A stretch of DNA of 60,596 nt from Patescibacteria group bacterium (GTDB lineage Bacteria > Patescibacteriota > Patescibacteriia > Patescibacteriales > UBA12465), in contig JBAZKO010000003.1 of the NCBI GenBank assembly GCA_041650775.1, forward strand, positions 1 through 60,596. Reading direction: 5' to 3'. This document shows positions 1 through 9,001 of this stretch, piece by piece. The notes beneath the pieces were generated by a model, which made no database searches, was not told where the DNA came from, and saw only the letters and a list, made by a program, of their open reading frames with translations. The stretch's first letter is position 1, and every line of letters begins with the position of its first letter. Made by a program: the position numbers and the translations under genes.

Positions 1-4
1 CTCT

Positions 5-52
5 TTTTTTCTTTTCGGCGGATCCCCCGTAGGGGGAGCCGAAAAGAAAAAA
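5..52. repeat. Inverted repeat / cruciform upstream of rep, candidate double-strand origin
   Basis: Perfect 15-bp arms TTTTTTCTTTTCGGC (5-19) / GCCGAAAAGAAAAAA (38-52) enclose an inner CCCCC-GTA-GGGGG hairpin (24-36). Confidence 0.55.
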
Positions 53-89
53 GTTATCCTTGTTAAAAAGAACATCTAATTAGAACAAT

Positions 90-1034
90 ATGAAAAACTA
101 TAAAGACCAATTCGGGGTAGAAATTCAGCCCAATTATCCGACCAGGAAGAAACTGGTCAAATCGGGTTGTTTAATTGAAGTCTATAAATTCGGAGCTGAT
201 ATTATGTTAGGGCGTAAACTCCGCAAATCAAGAACTCCCGAAGAAGAAGCCTTGCGCCATAAAGAGCCTACTAGCCTCGAAGACATCCTTAAATCGTCTT
301 GTAGGCGATCAAAAAGGATGATTAAACGGTTGATATACGCCAACAGCTTTAAATGGGTAAAAGATAAGGGCAAACCCTATTTACCGATTACTTTGACTTT
401 AACCTTTAAAGAAAACATCCAAGACCTCAAACAGGCCAATTATGAATTTACAAAATTCATTCGTAGACTGAATTATGAAACTAATGGAATCGAGGGCAAG
501 GATTTAAAACAAAGCAATCTTAAATATCTGGCCGTCTTTGAACTCCAAGAACGAGGGGCGATTCATTATCATATGATATTTTTTAATCTGCCCTATATTA
601 AAAATATCTACGACAAGCTAAGGGATATTTGGGGGCAAGGGAGAATAATGGTCGGCGGAAAAGAGCAAAATTTTAAGAAGATTAAAAACCAAGACCAACT
701 AAAGAAAATTATTGATTACTTTATCAAATACATCCAAAAATCTATCTTTGATAATCAATTTCCTGGACAGAAGAAATACATCACGAGCAAGGGACTGCTC
801 AAACCGCAAGAACAATATTTTGAAGAGGTTATTGATTTAATAGAATCGGAAATTCCCTCTGATTGTCTGGTCTATAAACGAGACGGCGAAACGGAATATA
901 ACAACAGCGACATTAACGATACGGTCGGACAGCCTAAAAATTATCTGCGTTGGCTTAATTACTGGCAATATGATTTGTCTAATAATCCGCACGCCGAAGA
1001 TCGCATTAATGAAATATTAGAAACCTATTGTTGA
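90..1034 (+). CDS. HUH-endonuclease rolling-circle replication initiator (Rep)
   Basis: RCR motifs in order: motif I (ITLTLTF), motif II (ELQERGAIHYHMIFF), motif III (YFIKYIQK). Confidence 0.85.
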   Translation: MKNYKDQFGVEIQPNYPTRKKLVKSGCLIEVYKFGADIMLGRKLRKSRTPEEEALRHKEPTSLEDILKSSCRRSKRMIKRLIYANSFKWVKDKGKPYLPITLTLTFKENIQDLKQANYEFTKFIRRLNYETNGIEGKDLKQSNLKYLAVFELQERGAIHYHMIFFNLPYIKNIYDKLRDIWGQGRIMVGGKEQNFKKIKNQDQLKKIIDYFIKYIQKSIFDNQFPGQKKYITSKGLLKPQEQYFEEVIDLIESEIPSDCLVYKRDGETEYNNSDINDTVGQPKNYLRWLNYWQYDLSNNPHAEDRINEILETYC

Positions 1035-1059
1035 TTTTAACTTATATGAATGTTATATT
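1031..1059 (+). promoter_or_regulatory. sigma70-type promoter for the recombinase
   Basis: TTGATT-N17-TATATT overlapping the rep stop codon. Confidence 0.55.
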
Positions 1060-1230
1060 AAAAGCGTTGCTTTAATCTAACAGAACATCCGCCCCAAGGT
1101 ATTTTTTTAACAAAATACCGATTTGTCGCTCGAAATGGGCAGTTCTGCTTAACGATAAATTAACCTTAGGGCTAATTTGTTAGATTAAGGCAACCAGGAC
1201 TGCCCTTTTTGATTATTAAACAATAATTAT

Positions 1231-2772
1231 ATGAACGACAAAAACGAACAAAAAATTAAATATGCCCTCTATTGCCGAAAGTCTACCGAAGACGATACTC
1301 GGCAAGTCTTGTCTTTGGATTCCCAAGAACAGGAAATGCTTAAAATGGCAAATAATTTAGGTTTAGAAATTATCCAAACTTTTAGAGAAAGCAAATCGGC
1401 CAAGAAACCAGATAATAGACCGCAATTTTTCGAACTTATCAATTTGATCAAGCGAGGTAAAATTGACGGCGTTATCTGTTGGAAGATTGACCGTCTTTCT
1501 CGTAATCCGATAGACTCGGCAATTATTCAATGGCTATTACAACAAAATAATTTGAAAATAATTCAAACAATGGAGCGACAATATTTGCCAGGCGATAACG
1601 CTTTGCTTTTTAATGTAGAAAGTGGAATGGCTAATCAATTTATTTTGGACTTATCCAAAAATGTTAAGCGAGGTATTAGAGCCAAACTATCTCAAGGTTA
1701 TTGGCCAAACCTTGCGCCTATCGGTTATTTGAACAAAGACTTAAAAATCGTGGTTGACAAACATCGGGCTAAATTTATCAGACGAGTATTTGAAATGTAT
1801 AATACTGGCAGGTATGGAGTCAAAGAAATATCGCAAATTCTCTATGAAGACGGATTCAGAAGTCGGGGCGGAAAAAAATATTATCCTAGCACCATTCATA
1901 TGATACTTAGCAATTCTTTCTACTGCGGAATTATGGAAAAAGACGGGATTAAATATTTAGGTAAATATGAGCCGATCATTACTAAAGCGTTATTTGATGA
2001 TGTCCAAGTTATTCTAGGAGTAAAAAAACACGTTAAATCTCAAATTATTCCTTTTGCTTTTCGGGGCTTACTCAAATGCGCCAAATGTGGCTGTCTGCTA
2101 ACAGCCACACTCAAGAAAGGCAAACATATTTACTACTATTGTACTAACGGCAAAAATACCTGCCAGGAGCATAAAGTCTATTTGACCGAGGATTATTTGG
2201 ATAAAGAATTACTGGGCGTATTTGATAAGCTGATATTTGACGATGAGGCGATTGAAATGTGCTATCAGACTAAAAAAGAACAAGGCAATAATAATCTAAA
2301 TTATTTAGAGGAGCTTGAGTTAAACCTAAAAAATCGGCTCGCCAAGCTCAAGGAAAGACGGAATACCTTACTAGACGCTTACCTTGATAAAACGCTAGAC
2401 AAGGCCGTTTATGAGGCCAAGGATAAGCAACTGAATAACGAAGAGATAAACTCTTTAAAAGATTTAAGCGACTTAAAAGAGAAATTAAAAGAGGCAGGTA
2501 CGGATACTTTGGAACGGATAAAAAATGTGTTTTTAGAGCCTAAAAGACTGAAAAATACCTTTTTAACTCTGTCTCTTGAGAAAAAACGAGAAGTCTTATT
2601 TTCCTTACTTTGGAACGCTGAAATCGGCAACAAAAAAATCGCTAATATTTCATTCAAAGCACCGTATAAACAGCTCTCTGAAATCACAAATAAAAGCGAT
2701 TTTTCTTCAATGCTCGGGGATAGGGATTCGAACCCCAATAAACAGGACCAGAACCTGTTGTCCTACCGTTAG
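1231..2772 (+). CDS. Large serine recombinase (integrase)
   Basis: N-terminal YCRKST catalytic Ser, DRLSRN motif, recombinase domain (GYWPNLAPIGY), Zn ribbon (CAKC...YYYC...C) and coiled coil. The last 20 codons are antisense to tRNA-Gln. Confidence 0.93.
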   Translation: MNDKNEQKIKYALYCRKSTEDDTRQVLSLDSQEQEMLKMANNLGLEIIQTFRESKSAKKPDNRPQFFELINLIKRGKIDGVICWKIDRLSRNPIDSAIIQWLLQQNNLKIIQTMERQYLPGDNALLFNVESGMANQFILDLSKNVKRGIRAKLSQGYWPNLAPIGYLNKDLKIVVDKHRAKFIRRVFEMYNTGRYGVKEISQILYEDGFRSRGGKKYYPSTIHMILSNSFYCGIMEKDGIKYLGKYEPIITKALFDDVQVILGVKKHVKSQIIPFAFRGLLKCAKCGCLLTATLKKGKHIYYYCTNGKNTCQEHKVYLTEDYLDKELLGVFDKLIFDDEAIEMCYQTKKEQGNNNLNYLEELELNLKNRLAKLKERRNTLLDAYLDKTLDKAVYEAKDKQLNNEEINSLKDLSDLKEKLKEAGTDTLERIKNVFLEPKRLKNTFLTLSLEKKREVLFSLLWNAEIGNKKIANISFKAPYKQLSEITNKSDFSSMLGDRDSNPNKQDQNLLSYR

Positions 2773-2783
2773 ACGATCCCCGA
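2713..2783 (-). tRNA. tRNA-Gln(CTG)
   Basis: Minus strand TCGGGGA...TCCCCGA-G acceptor stem with U1-A72 and G73; anticodon loop TTCTGGT; T-loop TTCGAAT. CCA is not encoded. Confidence 0.95.
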
Positions 2784-2790
2784 ATATTTT

Positions 2791-3228
2791 TTAATCTTTT
2801 ATTTTTTCCCAATCGGCTACGCCTCCCGCCGTTACTTGGAATAATCGGTTAGGCTTTACGGACGCTTCACTCTTTATTATTTGATAACGGGCGTAATCCC
2901 GCTCCCTAAGCTTATTTAAGAGATGCCGGAACTCATAAGTCAACTGACCTCTGCTTACTTTAATATTTTTTAATTTTTTTTTCAAGGGGGCGAGTTTGCG
3001 AGCCTCAAAATGATATCCGCGTTGCGTCGCTTCATTATATATTTCCGTCAAAAACCAATTAATATAAGCGAGCGGAACACCGGTCTGCCGGAATCTCGTG
3101 AGTTGCGGATGGTTCTTATAACCCCTGGTTTTTCCGGATAAAACCTTCTTAGCCAGTAAACCTTCGCGCCAGACCGCTAATAATCCTTGGCGATCCAGAT
3201 ATTGTGGGTGCAGGCTCCAAAGGCGCAT
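2791..3228 (-). CDS. Pyrimidine dimer DNA glycosylase (T4 endonuclease V family)
   Basis: N-terminal MRLWSLHP..LD..GL.A.WRE.LLA..VL and GYKNHPQL.RF signatures. Confidence 0.85.
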   Translation of the reverse strand: MRLWSLHPQYLDRQGLLAVWREGLLAKKVLSGKTRGYKNHPQLTRFRQTGVPLAYINWFLTEIYNEATQRGYHFEARKLAPLKKKLKNIKVSRGQLTYEFRHLLNKLRERDYARYQIIKSEASVKPNRLFQVTAGGVADWEKIKD

Positions 3229-3230
3229 AA

Positions 3231-4727
3231 TTAGGATTTCTTATTCTGTTCTTTCGGCCGCATCAGTGGAAAAATCTGGCATTCCCGGGAAGATTTATTC
3301 ATTAAGAAGCTAAACAGGCGTTCACTGAATCCAAAACCGCAAGTCGGCGGCATACCGTATTCAAGAGCTTCGACGAAATCATGATCGTGTTCCTGCGCCT
3401 CTTCATCGCCAGCTTCGCGTAATTTCTGCTGTTCCTTAAATCTTTCTTCCTGGTCTAGCGGATTATTTAATTCGCTATAGCCGTTGCCCATTTCCGAACC
3501 GGCTAAAATAACCTGGAATCTTTGCGCCAGAGCCGAATTTTTTTCATCGCGCTTGGCTAAGGGCGAAACCGTAATCGGCGTACCGACCAAAAATCCCGGT
3601 CCGGCGATTTGTTTGCGGCAATATTTCCATAAATTATCAATGGCGCGCGTTATGTTAAAACCTTTCTTCTCGTATTCCACGCCCAATTCTTCCAATTTCT
3701 TCTTTATTTCTTTCTCATCAGCCGTCAGGATATCCACGCCGGTCATCTTTTTAACGGTTTCACGATAATCATATCTTTCCCAGGCCTTTTCTAAATCGAC
3801 ATTAAAATCCTTAATTTTGAATTTAAGCGTTCCGAAAGTTTCTTGGGCGATATGTTTGTATAGCTCTTCCGTTAATTTCATGCCCGCTTCGTAATCGGCG
3901 TAAGCCCAATAAAATTCCATCTGGGTATAATCCTGCAGATGTTCGGCGTCCATACCTTCATTCCTGAACTGCCGCCCGATTTCAAAAGTCTTCTCCAGAC
4001 CGGCAACCATCAGTTTCTTCTGCCACAATTCGCCCATGGAAATCCGCAAAAAAACATCGATATCCAGCGCGTTATGATGGGTCTTGAAAGGTTTGGCGTC
4101 GGCACCGCCAGCCATTGTTTCCAAAATCGGCGTTTCTACCTCGATAAAATTCCGCGCCACTAAAAATTCCCGAGTCGTCTGCCAAAACTTGGCGCGCCGC
4201 ATAATCATTTCCCGTGTTTCCGGATTCAATAAAATGTCCAGATACCGGCGGCGAAATATCTCCTCCTCGTCTTTCAGTCCGTACCAAGCGTCCGGAATTG
4301 GCAGAAGAGCCTTAGTTAAAAGACGCCAACTTTTAACCATTAAACTTTTTTCGCCTTTATGGGTAAGAAAACAAACGCCACCAGCTTCCAAAAAGTCGCC
4401 GGTGTCGATTAATTTTACAAAATTTTTATAACTGCCGTCACCTAGGTCTTTTTTTGACAAGGCGATTTGCATCTGACCAGTGGCATCTTCCAAACTGGCG
4501 AAAGTCAGATTGCCGTGTGAGCGAATACTGCGCAGACGACCGACGATCTTAAATTCTTTTTCGGATTTCTGCAGGGACGCAAAATCAGCCAGCGCTTTCC
4601 CGATCAGATAATCACGCTCCGCTCTAGCCGGATAAGGATCAAGACCCAACTTAATCAGTTCCGCTAATTTTTTTAAGCGGTCGTCGCGTTCGCTCCCTGT
4701 TGTCTTAACATCTTTATCCTCGGACAT
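3231..4727 (-). CDS. lysS: Lysine--tRNA ligase (class II)
   Basis: OB-fold anticodon domain; FIEVETPIL, GRQFRNEG and EYGMPPTCGFGF motifs. Confidence 0.97.
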   Translation of the reverse strand: MSEDKDVKTTGSERDDRLKKLAELIKLGLDPYPARAERDYLIGKALADFASLQKSEKEFKIVGRLRSIRSHGNLTFASLEDATGQMQIALSKKDLGDGSYKNFVKLIDTGDFLEAGGVCFLTHKGEKSLMVKSWRLLTKALLPIPDAWYGLKDEEEIFRRRYLDILLNPETREMIMRRAKFWQTTREFLVARNFIEVETPILETMAGGADAKPFKTHHNALDIDVFLRISMGELWQKKLMVAGLEKTFEIGRQFRNEGMDAEHLQDYTQMEFYWAYADYEAGMKLTEELYKHIAQETFGTLKFKIKDFNVDLEKAWERYDYRETVKKMTGVDILTADEKEIKKKLEELGVEYEKKGFNITRAIDNLWKYCRKQIAGPGFLVGTPITVSPLAKRDEKNSALAQRFQVILAGSEMGNGYSELNNPLDQEERFKEQQKLREAGDEEAQEHDHDFVEALEYGMPPTCGFGFSERLFSFLMNKSSRECQIFPLMRPKEQNKKS

Positions 4728-4760
4728 ATATTTTAATCGTTCGATTTAATTGTTTGATCA

Positions 4761-5219
4761 TTATTCTATTTCCAGGATCTTATATTTGACTACTCCCTTG
4801 GGCGTTTCGACTTCCACCGTCTCGCCTTTATGCCGATGTAAAAAAGCCACGCCAAGAGGCGATTCGTTGGAAATTCGGCCGTTTAAGGGATCAGCCTCGT
4901 TAAAACTGACGATAGTATACTGCTTTTCCCCGCTATTGGATTTAACGGTCACTTTCGAACCCATCATGATTTCGTCGCGAGAAGAGCCGTTTTCGACGAC
5001 AGTGACATTCTTTAAAGTATTGGTCAGTTCCAGAATTCGTCCTTCGTTCAAAGCCTGCGCGTCTTTAGCCTCGCTGTATTCGGCGTTTTCGCTTAAATCA
5101 CCCAACTCTTTAGCGCGTTCAATCCGCTCGGCAATCTCTTTGCGTTTGACGGTCGCTAGCAAATTAAGTTCGTCTTTTAATTTATTATATCCCTCCTGAG
5201 AAATAATTTGCTCATTCAT
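4761..5219 (-). CDS. greA: Transcription elongation factor GreA
   Basis: GDLSENAEY tip motif and ISNESPLG C-terminal motif; adjacent to lysS. Confidence 0.96.
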   Translation of the reverse strand: MNEQIISQEGYNKLKDELNLLATVKRKEIAERIERAKELGDLSENAEYSEAKDAQALNEGRILELTNTLKNVTVVENGSSRDEIMMGSKVTVKSNSGEKQYTIVSFNEADPLNGRISNESPLGVAFLHRHKGETVEVETPKGVVKYKILEIE

Positions 5220-5251
5220 AGTTTTATTTTTTATAACTGATTAATTAATGT

Positions 5252-6748
5252 TTAATATACTCTATCGGACCAAATTAAACAAGAGCTGACAACTAAAAAA
5301 CCGATGCCCAAAGGATGATTTAGGTAAGGGGTAAAAGTATGGGTAACGGCGATAAATACTAGACCGGCGCCTAAGCCGAAATAAATATAATTATTATATT
5401 TGAACCCCGCTTTTAGTCCGGTTACCAATAATTTAAACAGGAGGAAAAGATAAGCTAACAAACCAAATATTCCTAATTTTAGCCAAATATCTAAATAACC
5501 CCATTCGAAAGCGTAAGTTTTATATTCGCCAGTCGGACTGTTTTGTAAAATCCGGGGATCACGGGAAAAATAGGTAACGGTCGCGCCGTATCCCTGTCCG
5601 AAGAAAGGTTCTTTCTTTATTTCTTTCATCAGAATCGGCAGTAATGACCAGCGGGAAGCTAAGGCTGGCTCGTTATCGCTTTTAACCCGTTCCAAAAAGA
5701 CCGAACTCAGATTGCCGGAATGGGTCCGCCAATAAGGAAAATCCACTGTTAGATAAATCATCAAGAATCCTAAAACCGCGGCGCCAGCGAGCCAGCCGGC
5801 GGCCGTAATCGCTTTTTTGAAAGAATAAAGGCGCCAGACCAAAATCAAACTAAAAAAAAGCGTCACCAACAATCCGACCCAGAAACTGCGAGAAAAACTG
5901 ATCAGAACGGAACTTAAAAATAAAGCGGCGGCGATGAGCGGCCAAAAATTTTTCCGGCAAAAAAATTCTTTAAAATTAAAATTAGCCACCGCGGACCAAA
6001 AAACCAGAAAAAAAGCGATCGCCGAAAAAATCTGTCCCTGGATAAAAATCCGTGGCCAGCCGCCGGTTGTCGGGGTCATCTCGCCGACCAGCGTTTTTCG
6101 GAGCCAATAATAAATATCCGGCGCCCAACTTGAATTATGGGTAAAGATGAAAAGCAGGAATAGAGTCTTGAGACCCAGCCAGATTACGGCGGCCAGGAAA
6201 ACTATCTGTAAACGCGCCGCTTTCCCTTCGTTCAAATCGCTATAAACAACGATAAGTGGCAGAAGCAACAAAAAATAAAGCCAAGCGTTAAAATCCGCGA
6301 AGATTAAAGCCGGCGCCTGACCGCGAATCAGGCCATTGATCAAACCAAGCAAAATAAATAAAAATAAAACTCCAAAAAATTTCTTCCCGGGAAAACTCTT
6401 TAGACTCAACCAATAAGCACTTCGGCCTTTTGACTTTATAATCTGCGCAAGGAAGCGCCAGGAAAAAACGAACATCAACACCAGCCATAAAGCGATTCTG
6501 ATTGTCAGCTGACCGCCGCCGATATTCAAATAGAACAAATGCCCCAGAGAACCGATAAACAATTCAGCTAAAATAACAAGCAGTCCGTATTCCAAACTAT
6601 AAAAAGTTAGGACTAAAGACGCTAACACCAGTAGGCCGAAAATAATCTGGTTAACCGCCGGAAAAGATAAGCCGACAGCGGATAAGATCTCCATCGTCAG
6701 AAAAATGGCCAGAACGATTAATAATTTTTTACCGTTGATTTTAAACAT
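5252..6748 (-). CDS. O-antigen ligase / oligosaccharyltransferase-like (Wzy_C) membrane protein
   Basis: Multi-TM protein with SFSRS.W and R...W....P.FGQGYG motifs; lies in a glycosyltransferase/flippase cluster. Confidence 0.8.
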   Translation of the reverse strand: MFKINGKKLLIVLAIFLTMEILSAVGLSFPAVNQIIFGLLVLASLVLTFYSLEYGLLVILAELFIGSLGHLFYLNIGGGQLTIRIALWLVLMFVFSWRFLAQIIKSKGRSAYWLSLKSFPGKKFFGVLFLFILLGLINGLIRGQAPALIFADFNAWLYFLLLLPLIVVYSDLNEGKAARLQIVFLAAVIWLGLKTLFLLFIFTHNSSWAPDIYYWLRKTLVGEMTPTTGGWPRIFIQGQIFSAIAFFLVFWSAVANFNFKEFFCRKNFWPLIAAALFLSSVLISFSRSFWVGLLVTLFFSLILVWRLYSFKKAITAAGWLAGAAVLGFLMIYLTVDFPYWRTHSGNLSSVFLERVKSDNEPALASRWSLLPILMKEIKKEPFFGQGYGATVTYFSRDPRILQNSPTGEYKTYAFEWGYLDIWLKLGIFGLLAYLFLLFKLLVTGLKAGFKYNNYIYFGLGAGLVFIAVTHTFTPYLNHPLGIGFLVVSSCLIWSDRVY

Positions 6749-6752
6749 ATGA

Positions 6753-7217
6753 TTAATCGGTTAAAAGAGCCGCGCCGACTTCCAGACCGCGGGCGGAACA
6801 ATATCCGGCGTTCATTTCCAGAACTTGATCCGCCGGACCGTCGCTCCGATAAACATTGACCGGTTTATTCCCTTCCGGCGGCAGATTATCAGCTATCTTA
6901 ATTATTCGGCCGCGATTGATAAAAATAATATCCAAGGGAAATTTCATATCGCGCATTACGAATTCCCGCTCCTGGCTGTCGTTGAAATCGAATAGCATCC
7001 CGCAATCAGCGCATAAGTAAGGCCGGCCGCTTAAACCGCGATATTGCGCCAGCGGACTGGCGGCGATTTCTACGCGGATCTTCCGGTCGCCAATTTTTAC
7101 CAGCGTCATCGTTGTTTTTGATCCCGTTAAAATGACCGTTAAAAAGAATAGCAAAAGAAAAAGAACAATCGCCGCGCCGCCAAAAATAATTATTTTATTT
7201 TTTTTAGTTAAGCCCAT
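6753..7217 (-). CDS. DUF192 family protein
   Basis: N-terminal TM; VEIA.SP...RGLSGR..L....GMLF.F and VLE.NAG motifs. Confidence 0.85.
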   Translation of the reverse strand: MGLTKKNKIIIFGGAAIVLFLLLFFLTVILTGSKTTMTLVKIGDRKIRVEIAASPLAQYRGLSGRPYLCADCGMLFDFNDSQEREFVMRDMKFPLDIIFINRGRIIKIADNLPPEGNKPVNVYRSDGPADQVLEMNAGYCSARGLEVGAALLTD

Positions 7218-7905
7218 GTTTATCTTTAATAATTTTCAATGCCGCCTGATATTTTTTAACGCGCGGCAGAAATGGCAAATATTTATAAGCGAATGACGGC
7301 AACCAGGAACTTATCGTGCCGCCGGGAAGGACTTGATATAAGACTTGTGGAATAAAAACGCCGCTTTTACCCGCGGCCAGCATCGTCAGCCAGAGATCCC
7401 AATCCTGGAATTTCTTGATATTTTCATCCCACCCGTCGGCCGGAAAAGCGTTGCGGCGGATTAAAGCCATGGTATGGATATAAGGTCCGGCTTGTAATTT
7501 TTTCGGATCAAACTCCCCGACTTTAAATAATTTCTTCCCCCAATAGAAAGACGCATAAGCGTAGCTGGCGCCGGGATTATTTTCCAGAGCAGCCAGCATA
7601 GTTTCCAGCGCCGCGGCTTCTAAAATCGCATCGGCGTCGCAAAAAAATAGATATTCGCCGCGCGCTTCTCGCGCGCCGCGATTACGCGCGGCTGGCGCTC
7701 CTTGATTATTCTGATTGATGAACAAATAATTATTATCAGTCGTTAACTTTTTATAATACTTCGCGAAAACCAAATCAACGCCGTCGGTCGATCCGTCATT
7801 AACAATAATCACTTCATAATCGGCATAAGTCTGCCGGGCGATACTCGCCAAAGTTTTAGTTATCGTTTTAGCCCGGTTATAAACCGGAATAATAATCGAA
7901 ATCAT
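7204..7905 (-). CDS. Glycosyltransferase family 2 (GT-A)
   Basis: ISIIIPVYN, IVNDGSTD, ARNRG and FFCDAD motifs. Confidence 0.92.
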   Translation of the reverse strand: MISIIIPVYNRAKTITKTLASIARQTYADYEVIIVNDGSTDGVDLVFAKYYKKLTTDNNYLFINQNNQGAPAARNRGAREARGEYLFFCDADAILEAAALETMLAALENNPGASYAYASFYWGKKLFKVGEFDPKKLQAGPYIHTMALIRRNAFPADGWDENIKKFQDWDLWLTMLAAGKSGVFIPQVLYQVLPGGTISSWLPSFAYKYLPFLPRVKKYQAALKIIKDKHGLN

Positions 7906-7915
7906 ATACCCTCGT

Positions 7916-9001
7916 TTAATTTTTTATAAAATTTACCAATTTCGCCGTCTGTTTTTCCCAACTGAATTCCCTTCTTGCCCGATCCCTTCCCTGCGCGCCC
8001 AATTTTTTCCGAAGGGCGGCGTCGCTCGCTAATTTGATTATTGCTTCTTTAACGCTGTTAACATCTTCCGGGTCGACTAAAATCCCGTTATGGCCATCAA
8101 TAACGGCGTCCCGGACACCGCCGGAATCGCCAGCGATTACCGGTTTGCCGCTGATGTTCGCTTCCAGATAGACAATCCCGAAACCCTCGAAATCGCCTTC
8201 GATATTACGTGAGGGCATAATGAGAACTTCCGTCCGCGCCAACCAAAGCCATTTTTCATCTTCCGATAATTCGCCCAAAAAAATAATTTTCTTTTCCAAA
8301 GGCGGCGGCACCAATCTTCTTAAATAAGTTTCTTCCGGACCGCCGCCGGCGATAAAATAAACCAAGTCAGTCAGTAACGCTTTGGGAATTTGCGCCAGAG
8401 CGGCGATTGTTTGATCTGTCCCTTTGCGCTTTACCAGACGACCCAGACTTAAAAACACGGTCTTTCCCGCTAAGCCGTAATTATTTTCCAAAATCGCCAA
8501 ATCAACGGGGCTTATTGGTGGCGTGTCGCCGGCGATACCCGGATTGATGACCGCTATCTTTTCCCTCACCCCAGGAAAAATTTCCCGCGCTGTTTTAACC
8601 ACGTAACTATTGGCGCCAATAACCTTATCGGCCCGTTTTAAAATTTCTCCGGCCAGCCATTTTTTCCGCGGCGTCTTCAGGGCATAAGTAAAATCCATCC
8701 CATGCAAGAAGACGGCGTATTTAAAAGGACAAAAAAAAGACAGAAACCAGGCAACCGTACCCAGAGGCAAAATCTGGCCGACTAAGACATAATTAATTTT
8801 GCCGTTCTTTATCTTCCGTCTTAACATTCCGATTGCCGGCCACCAATTTAAAAACTTTCGGGGTCGCGTCAGTTCCCTTTTATTGTTATTTAAAATCGAT
8901 AAATCCTCGCCCAGCGGCCAATGCTTGGCCAGATTGCCGTAATAGTTAGCCACGCCGCCTTTAAACGGCGGAAATTCAAGGGTAAAAAGTAAGGTTTTCA
9001 T
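7916..9001 (-). CDS. Glycosyltransferase family 4 (GT-B)
   Basis: FPPFKGGVA, GRLVKRKG and EGFGIVYLEA motifs. Confidence 0.92.
   Translation of the reverse strand: MKTLLFTLEFPPFKGGVANYYGNLAKHWPLGEDLSILNNNKRELTRPRKFLNWWPAIGMLRRKIKNGKINYVLVGQILPLGTVAWFLSFFCPFKYAVFLHGMDFTYALKTPRKKWLAGEILKRADKVIGANSYVVKTAREIFPGVREKIAVINPGIAGDTPPISPVDLAILENNYGLAGKTVFLSLGRLVKRKGTDQTIAALAQIPKALLTDLVYFIAGGGPEETYLRRLVPPPLEKKIIFLGELSEDEKWLWLARTEVLIMPSRNIEGDFEGFGIVYLEANISGKPVIAGDSGGVRDAVIDGHNGILVDPEDVNSVKEAIIKLASDAALRKKLGAQGRDRARREFSWEKQTAKLVNFIKN

Larger units (their letters stand above)
1..2712 (+). mobile_element. Right end of an integrative element (RCR Rep + large serine recombinase) inserted at tRNA-Gln 3' end; left end outside window
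   Basis: Rep and recombinase genes abut the tRNA 3' end. The segment is visibly AT-richer than the flanking host DNA, and I found no CCGG in it although CCGG is frequent downstream. Confidence 0.8.
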
